Origin: a virus
Direction: 5' to 3' (one strand)
UHGV virus genome: UHGV-0098635
Length of the DNA stretch: 39,409 nucleotides
The position numbers and the translations under genes were made by a program. The notes below the pieces were generated by a model. It did no database searches and had not been told where the DNA came from. It saw only the letters and a list, made by a program, of their open reading frames with translations. Position 1 is the first letter of the stretch. Each line of letters begins with the position of its first letter. Below, piece after piece: positions 27,773 to 35,622 of this stretch.

Positions 27773-30247
27773 ATGAGACAGGAATGTATACAAGCGGTCC
27801 AGCAGGCGGCGCAGCGCACGTTAACGGCGCGAGAAATACAGAACATTGAAGACCGCATTTATCGAAATATGCGCTCCATTGCTCGTGATGACCCGATGTC
27901 GTGGCGACAACTTTCCGAATCAGAGCGGCTGTATCGTGCAGCACAATTGGCATCTGAAGAATTACAGCGAGAAGCGGCATTAAAGAAACGTCGTGTGGCC
28001 CTCACTATAGCCGCACGTCAGAGATTGGATAAATTTATCAATAGCTATCAAGGGGCTGATGGGAAACTTGGCGCTCTTAACCGTACTATTGCTTTTAATG
28101 CAGACGGTAAATCGAATTTCCTCTCTGTTGAATCCAGAACAAAAGCCACCCGTGATTATGCATTGAGTCAATTACAGGAGGCATTCGAAGCAGTTGATCC
28201 TCGCTTTTTTGGTCTGTTTGAAGATGAAGCGGGCGTACGTGACCTGGTATATGAAATGCGGGGGCAAAATACTGGCAATGCTAAAGCAAGAAAAGGTGCT
28301 AAGGCGTGGAGAGAAGTGACAGAGCTACTGCGCCGCCGGTTTAATGATGCTGGTGGGGACATTGGCTATCTCGAAAACTGGGGGATCCCTCAACATCATT
28401 CTATGGAAAAGGTTGGGGCGGTATCAAAAGATAAATGGGTTAGCGATGTTATAGGTAAGCTGGATCGCAAATATTATACCCGAGCCGATGGACAACTGAT
28501 GAACGATGCCGAGTTGTCTGCATTTCTTGGAGAGGCTTATAACACGATCGCTACTGGTGGGCTGAATAAGCTTACTGATACCGGAATGCGAATTTCCGGC
28601 GCACGTGCTAACCGTGGTAATGCATCACGACAGATACATTTCAAAGATGCAGATTCCTATCTGCAATATCAGCAACTTTATGGCGATCGCTCTCTATGGG
28701 AAATCATGGTCGGTCACCTGGAAGGGATCAGTAAAGATATTGCTTTGGTGGAAACATATGGTCCAAACCCCGATCATGTTTTCCGTTCCCTTCTTGATCA
28801 GGTGAAGGCAGAAACGGCAACAGCTAACCCGAGTAAAACCGGTAGCGTCGAGCGGCTGGCGAACAAAACAGAGAACCTGTACAACTTTATTTCCGGAAAG
28901 ACACAGCCTGTTGCGAATCCTCACATCGCGCGCTGGTCTGACAATATCAGAAACTGGCTGGTTGCCAGCAGGCTCGGATCCGCGTTGCTGTCATCGTTCT
29001 CTGATCTTGGAACCATGTATCTGTCTGCGAAGGTTACCAACCTTCCAATGAACCAGTTATTCCGCAACCAGCTTGAAGCTATGGACCCAACGAACCGTAC
29101 AGAACTTGCGCGGGCGCGCCGCGCTGGTCTGGCGATGGAATCTCTACTTGGCAGCGTTAACCGCTGGGCGATGGATAATATGGGGCCGTCAGTGTCTCGT
29201 TGGGCGGCAACGGCGGTAATGCGTGCCAGTGGGCTTACAGCATGGTCAGATGCGCACAAGCGCGCTTATGGCGTAACCATGATGGGAAGCCTGGGAGAAG
29301 TAGTGTCACGGACACCAGACCTTCGTAGCCTCGATGACTCTGATTTTCGTATCCTGAAAAGCAAAGGGATTACTGACACAGACTGGAGCGTATGGAAGCT
29401 GGCGCAACAGGAGGACTGGGGGAACGGTAATAATACGATGCTGACACCGGAAAGCATTATGCGTATCCCTGATTCAGCAGTTAAACATCTTGGTGAGCCT
29501 GAACGTGTGAAATTTGAGGCAATGCGTAAACTGCTCGGTGCCGTAACTGAAGAAGTTGATATGGCTGTTATTACACCGGGCGCACGTGAACAGATGTTCG
29601 TAGGGTCTGGTCTTCAGCGTGGAACATGGAAAGGTGAATTAACGAGAAGTGTTTTCCTGTTTAAATCGTTCCCTATCTCGGTAGTTATGCGTCACTGGCA
29701 TAGAGCTATGGGGATGCCGTCTGCTGGTGGGCGTGCGGCATATATAGCAACGTTTTTAGCAAGCACAACCATGCTTGGTGCTCTTTCCATGCAGATTACT
29801 GATCTTATTAATGGGAGAAATCCAAAAGAAATGACCGGTGACAACATGGTTAAATTCTGGATAAATGCATTTTTAAAAGGTGGTGGGGCAGGGTTGTATG
29901 GTGATTTTCTTTTCTCTGACCACACCAGGTACGGGAGCGGCGCACTAGCGTCGATGCTTGGCCCGGTAGCTGGTCTGGTTGATGACGTAGTGAAGATTGC
30001 TCAGGGCATACCGTTAAATGCTGTGGAAGGGAAGAATGAGCAGACTGGTGGTGATCTGGTTAAGCTTGGGAAAGGTTTGATGCCTGGTGCGAATCTCTGG
30101 TACTTGAAGGCGGCTCTCGATCACATGATCTTTAATCAGATGCAGGAGTATTTTTCACCAGGCTATTTGCGTAAAATGGAGCAACGTTCGAAGAAAGAGT
30201 TTAACCAGACATACTGGTGGCGACCTCAGGATGTCACTCCGCAATAA
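27773..30247 (+). CDS. internal virion protein, T7 gp16 C-terminal-region-like
   Basis: The segment LFKSFPISVVMRHWHRAMGM...AFLKGGGAGLYGDFLF parallels the T7 gp16 segment QFKSFTIKSLNSKFLRTFYDG...MGLAGGFYAM (recalled). Confidence 0.65.
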   Translation: MRQECIQAVQQAAQRTLTAREIQNIEDRIYRNMRSIARDDPMSWRQLSESERLYRAAQLASEELQREAALKKRRVALTIAARQRLDKFINSYQGADGKLGALNRTIAFNADGKSNFLSVESRTKATRDYALSQLQEAFEAVDPRFFGLFEDEAGVRDLVYEMRGQNTGNAKARKGAKAWREVTELLRRRFNDAGGDIGYLENWGIPQHHSMEKVGAVSKDKWVSDVIGKLDRKYYTRADGQLMNDAELSAFLGEAYNTIATGGLNKLTDTGMRISGARANRGNASRQIHFKDADSYLQYQQLYGDRSLWEIMVGHLEGISKDIALVETYGPNPDHVFRSLLDQVKAETATANPSKTGSVERLANKTENLYNFISGKTQPVANPHIARWSDNIRNWLVASRLGSALLSSFSDLGTMYLSAKVTNLPMNQLFRNQLEAMDPTNRTELARARRAGLAMESLLGSVNRWAMDNMGPSVSRWAATAVMRASGLTAWSDAHKRAYGVTMMGSLGEVVSRTPDLRSLDDSDFRILKSKGITDTDWSVWKLAQQEDWGNGNNTMLTPESIMRIPDSAVKHLGEPERVKFEAMRKLLGAVTEEVDMAVITPGAREQMFVGSGLQRGTWKGELTRSVFLFKSFPISVVMRHWHRAMGMPSAGGRAAYIATFLASTTMLGALSMQITDLINGRNPKEMTGDNMVKFWINAFLKGGGAGLYGDFLFSDHTRYGSGALASMLGPVAGLVDDVVKIAQGIPLNAVEGKNEQTGGDLVKLGKGLMPGANLWYLKAALDHMIFNQMQEYFSPGYLRKMEQRSKKEFNQTYWWRPQDVTPQ

Positions 30248-30256
30248 GGAACAACA

Positions 30257-30670
30257 ATGAAGGAATTATTGCTGTTATCGGTATTTTTGATATCCGCTTG
30301 CTCGACATCCTATGATGTTTATGACGGTGTTGATAAGGCATATTGCGACAAAGTTAAAATGGATTTTTCTCTTGCCAAGACGGCGAAGGATAGTTGTATT
30401 GATCACTACGTCAAGACTTATACCAAGCCAGCCTCATCGGCATCTGATATTGCTGAAGGTGCTGTGTTTGAGTGTAACAAGGTGATATCCATCGCAGCGA
30501 GTTCTTCATACGATGCTGCTGTATGTGCAATGGCTGAAAGAAACGGCATGTCAGTGCAAAAAATTAATAGCATGATAAGCAGTAATGACGAAGCCAAAAT
30601 AAGAACTGATATCAGCTCGGTGAAAAAAGATGCCATGAACAGAGTTGTAAAATATCAGTCATCTTTATAA
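30257..30670 (+). CDS. lipoprotein, accessory gene
   Basis: 137-aa ORF with a signal peptide and lipobox (LISAC); AT-rich; last gene of the late operon before a terminator. Confidence 0.65.
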   Translation: MKELLLLSVFLISACSTSYDVYDGVDKAYCDKVKMDFSLAKTAKDSCIDHYVKTYTKPASSASDIAEGAVFECNKVISIAASSSYDAAVCAMAERNGMSVQKINSMISSNDEAKIRTDISSVKKDAMNRVVKYQSSL

Positions 30671-30673
30671 GTC

Positions 30674-30685
30674 GTGACATGTCAC
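30674..30685. repeat. perfect 12-bp palindrome GTGACATGTCAC, copy 2
   Basis: Lies 4 nt after the lipoprotein stop and abuts the terminator stem. Confidence 0.7.
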
Positions 30686-30710
30686 AGGCCGCTTTCGCGG
30701 CCTTGTTTTT
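30686..30710 (+). terminator. rho-independent terminator ending the late operon
   Basis: Stem AGGCCGC / GCGGCCT, loop TTTC, followed by TGTTTTT. Confidence 0.6.
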
Positions 30711-30870
30711 AACGAATGCCACCGCCACCCGGGCGGGAATCCGCAGAACGCCCACCGCAGCGGGAGCCGTCAGCGGCAGTATCGCTGTCGTGCTGACAAC
30801 GACCGGCAAAGGCCTGAGTTGAAGCTACCAGAGACAACAAAACGAACAGTGCAGCAAATGCTTTTTTCAT
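30709..30870 (-). CDS. small secreted peptide precursor
   Basis: Start taken at 30870 (MKKAF). Signal peptide MKKAFAALFVLLSLVASTQAFA followed by a roughly 31-aa Gly/Arg-rich peptide with two Cys. Confidence 0.4.
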   Translation of the reverse strand: MKKAFAALFVLLSLVASTQAFAGRCQHDSDTAADGSRCGGRSADSRPGGGGIR

Positions 30871-30951
30871 TGTGAAATTTCCATCTATAATCCACCTCAA
30901 TGCGGCGTCAATGAGTGTAGCACTGACTTTTGTTTCGTCCATAAAAAACTA

Positions 30952-31464
30952 CTATGCAGGCTTTTTGGATTTGTACGAATAATCCCACGGATAAACATTT
31001 CTACTAAGCGGAGCTGTATTCGTTCGTTCATGAAATAATTTTGTGAAATTCAATACGGAATCCATCCAAACTTTTGCGTTAGCTTTGGTGTGTGCGGGCG
31101 GGTCCCAATAAGCTAGTAAGGCTGCATCTCTTATTTCATTGACTGCATATATGAGATATGCGTTACTGGTTGGTTTTGGCCTGTAATTTCCTTGTTCATC
31201 AATCAATCCATATGACCACTCATCCCAACACTGTTCAGTACATGAGTATGAATATGATGCATATTCACCAATATTGACATGAACCTTTCTGAGATGGAAA
31301 CCTAATACTTCGTCTGGTCTTTCAAAAAGAGTATCTTTTCCCAGATCAGGATGATGACCATGACGCCAGTGTTGTTTAAAAGCATCTTTTAGCGAAATCA
31401 GAAAGTCATCAGTTTTAAACTCACCAGTAGGTATAACCTTCCCGCTATACTCACTCAAAAACAT
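30952..31464 (-). CDS. candidate toxin (weak YafO-like resemblance) of a two-gene accessory module
   Basis: 170-aa ORF overlapping the upstream gene by 14 nt; the segment GKDTLFERPDEVLGFHLRKVHVNI loosely resembles the YafO core FGRDALYD...KFERVAHIHL (recalled). Confidence 0.5.
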   Translation of the reverse strand: MFLSEYSGKVIPTGEFKTDDFLISLKDAFKQHWRHGHHPDLGKDTLFERPDEVLGFHLRKVHVNIGEYASYSYSCTEQCWDEWSYGLIDEQGNYRPKPTSNAYLIYAVNEIRDAALLAYWDPPAHTKANAKVWMDSVLNFTKLFHERTNTAPLSRNVYPWDYSYKSKKPA

Positions 31465-31777
31465 CGAATTCCTCTTCCTTCATATGCGTTTCTAATGAGT
31501 TAAGCTGGCGGAAAGATATCTCTTTTGATTCTGCAGATGAGAGCTTTTTTATCCGCTTTATATTCTTTGTGATAGGAATAGTCATTGTATGCACATCAGC
31601 GGATGCTCTTGGCTTTGTGCTGATAAAAATATGGCGCAATGCCGCATTTTCACTATTGAACGAGCCAATAGCTGATTTACGTGCTACAACCTTACCAGTA
31701 AAAATACGACTCTTGCTACGCTTTGCATGAGTTCCGCTTCTTACCGGACCTCTCATCACGAATCCAAGTTTTGTCAT
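31451..31777 (-). CDS. basic small protein, candidate antitoxin/partner
   Basis: 108-aa basic ORF, first gene of the operon, with GGAG RBS and an operator palindrome about 45 nt upstream. Confidence 0.5.
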   Translation of the reverse strand: MTKLGFVMRGPVRSGTHAKRSKSRIFTGKVVARKSAIGSFNSENAALRHIFISTKPRASADVHTMTIPITKNIKRIKKLSSAESKEISFRQLNSLETHMKEEEFDVFE

Positions 31778-31819
31778 CTTTAATCTCCGGTAAGTTACAG
31801 GTATAAAATAAAAACAGGT

Positions 31820-31834
31820 TTACCTTTAAGGTAA
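31820..31834 (-). promoter_or_regulatory. operator-like palindrome upstream of the accessory operon
   Basis: TTACCTTTAAGGTAA. Confidence 0.5.
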
Positions 31835-31906
31835 TAGTACGCTATTCACCCCCAGTCTGCAATCTGTACAGAATTATTTAAAGGCACATCCCTGTGCCGC
31901 CGCCCG

Positions 31907-32563
31907 TCAGAAGAACCCTGCCTTGTCGTTGATGTACTCCGCGTGGGTCTGGATATCACGCAGGCATTTGCTCACACCGACGATGTAGCAGAACATGGTG
32001 GTCAGCTCCGCCGCCGCGCCCGATACGTCGTGCCCGTCTTCCTGTAACTGGTTCAGCAGATTCATCAGCAGTGAGTTCTCCGTCAGGCCGAGAACACCAG
32101 ACGGAGAATGAATCAGGCTGCGGTAGCCGGGCTTCAGTGGGGCGCTGTATTCTTTTTTGTCTTCCAGCTTGATCGCCTCCATAATGGCGGGCATGAAGCC
32201 TGACAAGACCTTCTCCACTTTTGTTTCTTGTTGTCTTAAACGTTTCTCGCATTCAATGAAGTAGCGTCGCACCTGGCGACCTTTTTCGTTACGCTCGACC
32301 ATCGCCAGCTCTTTGGCTGTATCAAGGGTGAGGTGGTACTCTTTGCGGTTGTGGCCGCCTCTACCAGATGTTTGCTTTCCCAAATTGGAAAGCAAAATAT
32401 AGTCTTGATTTTCAATGAATTCGTATTCTGATATGCGATTTGTAATCCATGCTGCAAACACCTTTTTAACACCTAAAAAAGCGTGCAGATCGCGGGCATT
32501 ACAAAGTAGGGCTGTTTCGTTAGATATAGTGCCGTTGAATACGGGGATGAGTTGAGCGTTCAT
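31907..32563 (-). CDS. phage antirepressor, AntA-type N-terminal domain
   Basis: The N-terminus [32 protein letters not shown] matches the AntA/Ant antirepressor pattern; the C-terminal roughly 80 aa are paralogous to the ORF at 32881-33138. Confidence 0.75.
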   Translation of the reverse strand: MNAQLIPVFNGTISNETALLCNARDLHAFLGVKKVFAAWITNRISEYEFIENQDYILLSNLGKQTSGRGGHNRKEYHLTLDTAKELAMVERNEKGRQVRRYFIECEKRLRQQETKVEKVLSGFMPAIMEAIKLEDKKEYSAPLKPGYRSLIHSPSGVLGLTENSLLMNLLNQLQEDGHDVSGAAAELTTMFCYIVGVSKCLRDIQTHAEYINDKAGFF

Positions 32564-32723
32564 GATGGCGTCTCCACTTAGCGAATTACATCACCACCGC
32601 TGAGACCAATCAGATGGTGGTGAACTGAACGGAGTTGGTCTTACCGGCCTAAGTGGTACCGGCGTCCTTTCGGACCCCCATTCAGCCCACCATAATTCTG
32701 GCATGACTGTGCTATACGCATAA

Positions 32724-32801
32724 AAAAACCACGTCTGGCGTGGTATGCGCCACTTAGTAATCCGGGAGACCAATCCCGGCACTGGATTTTGCCAGTGCCC
32801 G
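32724..32801 (-). ncRNA. structured non-coding segment with terminator; candidate small RNA or attenuator
   Basis: Minus-strand series of stem-loops: GGCACTGG/CCAGTGCC (plus 32780-32801), CCGGGA/TCCCGG, then CCACG-CCAGA-CGTGG followed by T7. The track ORF here (32591-32914) is judged spurious. Confidence 0.3.
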
Positions 32802-32834
32802 ATTACTATGGCACAAGAGGAGTGCGATGTAAAT

Positions 32835-32849
32835 TTACCGCAAAGGTAA
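32835..32849 (-). promoter_or_regulatory. operator-like palindrome
   Basis: TTACCGCAAAGGTAA. Confidence 0.5.
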
Positions 32850-32880
32850 ATATAAGCACTCATCTTGGTAATTTCAAGCC

Positions 32881-33138
32881 TTATCTGGTTTGTTTTCGTA
32901 ATTGTTCGGCACAATAGTCGAGATGTGTTTGCAGATCCCGCATAGACATCTGTGAGCTGGTGACGTAGTTAATCAGTGCAGTCAGTTCGGCAAGTGGGCC
33001 ATCGACATTAAATCCATCCTTATCGAGATCCCGGAGTAATTTCATCAAGTGCGATCCCTCCACTAGTGATCTGACGCCTCCCGGCGTGTGAATCCTTTCG
33101 GTAAATCCGTCTTCCAGTGGATAGTGATACTGCTGCAT
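32881..33138 (-). CDS. small antirepressor-like protein, paralog of the AntA C-terminal domain
   Basis: Start taken as the ATG at 33138 (MQQYHY) with GGAGAA RBS. IHTPGGVRSLVEGSHLMKLLRDLDKDGFNVDG...MRDLQTHLDY aligns with the AntA C-terminus [32 protein letters not shown]...[10 protein letters not shown]. Confidence 0.6.
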   Translation of the reverse strand: MQQYHYPLEDGFTERIHTPGGVRSLVEGSHLMKLLRDLDKDGFNVDGPLAELTALINYVTSSQMSMRDLQTHLDYCAEQLRKQTR

Positions 33139-33159
33139 CTTATCTTCTCCATGCAATAA

Positions 33160-33175
33160 CTGTATATTTATACAG
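33160..33175. promoter_or_regulatory. LexA (SOS) box
   Basis: CTGTATATTTATACAG; with flanks AACTGTATATTTATACAGTA it matches the 20-bp LexA consensus TACTGTATATATATACAGTA at 18 of 20 positions; about 22 nt upstream of the start at 33138. Confidence 0.75.
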
Positions 33176-33214
33176 TATCAAATAATTTGTTTGCTATCCA
33201 GCACGTTTTGCAAA

Positions 33215-33280
33215 TTACCCGAAAGGTAATATCTATTCGTATTTACAGTCTTTCTATCCATATGTGGTTTTTCGGGTAAT
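33215..33280 (+). promoter_or_regulatory. composite regulatory module in the antirepressor/tailspike divergent region
   Basis: TTACCCGAAAGGTAA (33215-33229), CATATGTGGTT (33259-33269), GGTAAT (33275-33280). Confidence 0.5.
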
Positions 33281-33333
33281 AGAATAACCAGATATGCGGC
33301 GCAACGGGTGCTGCGACTATCTGGAGATTTAAC

Positions 33334-35349
33334 ATGACGGTCTCAACCGAAGTTGACCACAACGAATACACAGGTAACGGCGTTACGACATCATTTCCGT
33401 ATACCTTCCGTATTTTCAAAAAATCCGACTTGGTTGTTCAGGTGTCTGACCTGAACGGGAACGTAACAGAATTGGTTCTGGATACCGGTTATACGGTAAC
33501 TGGGGCGGGCACTTATAGTGGCGGTTCTGTTGTTCTTCCGTCGCCGCTTGCTGCTGGATGGCGAATTACGATAGATCGTGTGCTTGATGTAGTGCAGGAG
33601 ACAGACCTTCGCAATCAGGGAAAGTTTTTCCCCGAAGTGCATGAAGATGCCTTTGACTACCTGACGATGCTGATCCAGCAATGTTTTGGGTGGTTCAGAC
33701 GTGCATTGATGAAACCATCTTTGCTTGCAAAATATTACGATGCAAAGCAAAACAGAATTTCTAACCTTGCAGATCCATCACTTGAGCAGGACGCTGTAAA
33801 TAATCGCTCAATGCGTAATTATGTCGATGCTGCAATCGCCGGGGTTGTTGGTGGTTTTGGTTGGTTTATTCAGTATGGTTCAGGCGCGGTATATAGAACG
33901 TTTCAGGATAAGATGCGGGATACTGTCAGTGTTCTTGACTTTGGCGCTAAAGGTGATGGAGTCACAAATGATACAGATGCTTTCATTGCCGCGGCATCTG
34001 CTTCGCCACAAGGTGTTTATGTTCCTGATGGCACGTATTTATTGCCGGAAGATATTAATGGAAGATTTTATGGCCCAGGAAAAATAATTAAAGAGACAGG
34101 AGCGGAACGAATTCCGTTTACCAATGTAGCTCAGTCTCATAGCAACCTTATTTTAGGTTATGATGCCGCAAAAAATTACACTGACTCTGGTAAAGGTAAT
34201 CAATTGGTTTTGCTTGGACCAAGTTCTGGTCGCAACATAACTAGCGGCACTAACACAATCGTGGTTGGTGTGGGTGGTTTGTCAGGAGATACTCTAGAAG
34301 ATGATCTTACAGATAAGTCGCCATTTTCTGGAACAGAGATTATCAGTATAGGTATTAATGCTTTGAAGAAAGCCACCACTGGAAATAACATGATTGGTAT
34401 TGGCAGGGATGCGCTAAACGAGTGTAAGGATGGTAGGTTCAATGTTGCAGTTGGTATGTCAGCTTTGCAGCAACTCCATTCTGGAGAAGCTAATGTTGCA
34501 ATAGGACGCTCTGCAGGAATGCGTACTGGCATCTACACAGACCCTCAAGGTGTACGTCTTGGGTATAATAAATGTAATGGAAATACCCTTATTGGTAATG
34601 CAGCTGGTAGGGAGTTAAAGCAAGGTGATCATAACACAGCTATAGGTAATGGAGCATTGCGAGGAGTATCATCAACAGAGAACCCATACACTGGGACTCT
34701 CACAGGTAATTTTAATACAGCAATTGGTGTTGATGCTCTCAATTCCCTATCCTCAGGTGACCTGAATGTTATGATAGGTGCAAGAGCAGGAAGAAAATTA
34801 CCAACTGGAAATGGTAATATTTTTATAGGTCCAGATGCTGGTACCGGAATATCAGAAGATACCTCCAATAAATTCATTGTAAATAATCACAAAGGATTGC
34901 CTTTTTTAGAAGGTGTTATGGGAGGCGCACAAGCGGAAGATAACTATTTGCGTATAGATGGTAGTGTTGCCCCCCAGATGGATAATCAAAGAACTTGTGG
35001 TCAATCTAGTCGTAGATGGCAAACTGTCTTTGCAACTAATGGTGTAATACAAACATCTGACGGTAGATGTAAAGATGTGTATGAGATATCTACGGCAGAG
35101 TATAGTGCAGGGCTAGAATTAGCCATTAGCATGATAAAGTTTAAATGGACAGATGCAGAATCTGATAAGTATCACTTCGGATGTATGGCTCAAGAAGTAA
35201 TGCTGATTATGGAGAAATATAATCTTAACCCTACAGACTATTCTCTGGTTACTTATGATAAAGAATCGGATATGTATGGTGTAAATTACGCTGACTTATC
35301 TTGTTTCTGTATTGCAGCTATGTCTAAACATTTATTACGAAGTGCGTAA
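33334..35349 (+). CDS. tailspike/tail fibre: T7 gp17-like N-terminal adaptor, receptor-binding region, C-terminal S74-type self-cleaving chaperone
   Basis: The N-terminus (YTGNGVTTSFPYTFRIFKKSDLVV) parallels T7 gp17 (recalled). The C-terminus DGRCKDVYEI...MIKFKWTD...YSLVTYD fits the intramolecular chaperone pattern. The middle is AT-rich. Confidence 0.75.
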   Translation: MTVSTEVDHNEYTGNGVTTSFPYTFRIFKKSDLVVQVSDLNGNVTELVLDTGYTVTGAGTYSGGSVVLPSPLAAGWRITIDRVLDVVQETDLRNQGKFFPEVHEDAFDYLTMLIQQCFGWFRRALMKPSLLAKYYDAKQNRISNLADPSLEQDAVNNRSMRNYVDAAIAGVVGGFGWFIQYGSGAVYRTFQDKMRDTVSVLDFGAKGDGVTNDTDAFIAAASASPQGVYVPDGTYLLPEDINGRFYGPGKIIKETGAERIPFTNVAQSHSNLILGYDAAKNYTDSGKGNQLVLLGPSSGRNITSGTNTIVVGVGGLSGDTLEDDLTDKSPFSGTEIISIGINALKKATTGNNMIGIGRDALNECKDGRFNVAVGMSALQQLHSGEANVAIGRSAGMRTGIYTDPQGVRLGYNKCNGNTLIGNAAGRELKQGDHNTAIGNGALRGVSSTENPYTGTLTGNFNTAIGVDALNSLSSGDLNVMIGARAGRKLPTGNGNIFIGPDAGTGISEDTSNKFIVNNHKGLPFLEGVMGGAQAEDNYLRIDGSVAPQMDNQRTCGQSSRRWQTVFATNGVIQTSDGRCKDVYEISTAEYSAGLELAISMIKFKWTDAESDKYHFGCMAQEVMLIMEKYNLNPTDYSLVTYDKESDMYGVNYADLSCFCIAAMSKHLLRSA

Positions 35350-35622
35350 GTACATATTTTATTGTTATTCCTAAACCACCTCCTTGTGAGGTGGTATGTT
35401 ATAGCTATCTTTTACTGATTAAATCAGTGAATTAATAACTTAAATATTGTAATTATGCCTAAATTACTCGTTAATAATTTCTCTACCGTGTTTTAATCAG
35501 TGACACTTTTTCGACAGTAATGAGTTTAACATTAGTATTACAATGAATTACCTGTTTAACCACATGTGGTTTATTGTGTATGATGAACCCCTTAAATTAG
35601 GAGGGCATATGCACATTAAACG

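Noticed and set aside
32591-32914. 107-aa minus-strand ORF in the antirepressor intergenic region
   Set aside because: It runs through stacked hairpins and a terminator and overlaps the small antirepressor-like gene; the region reads as structured non-coding RNA.
3570-33229. Explaining TTACC-N5-GGTAA purely as Shine-Dalgarno sequences
   Set aside because: GAGGT/AGGTA ribosome sites account for the GGTAA half at a few gene starts only; the symmetric TTACC half, the fixed 5-bp spacer and the copies far from start codons are not explained.
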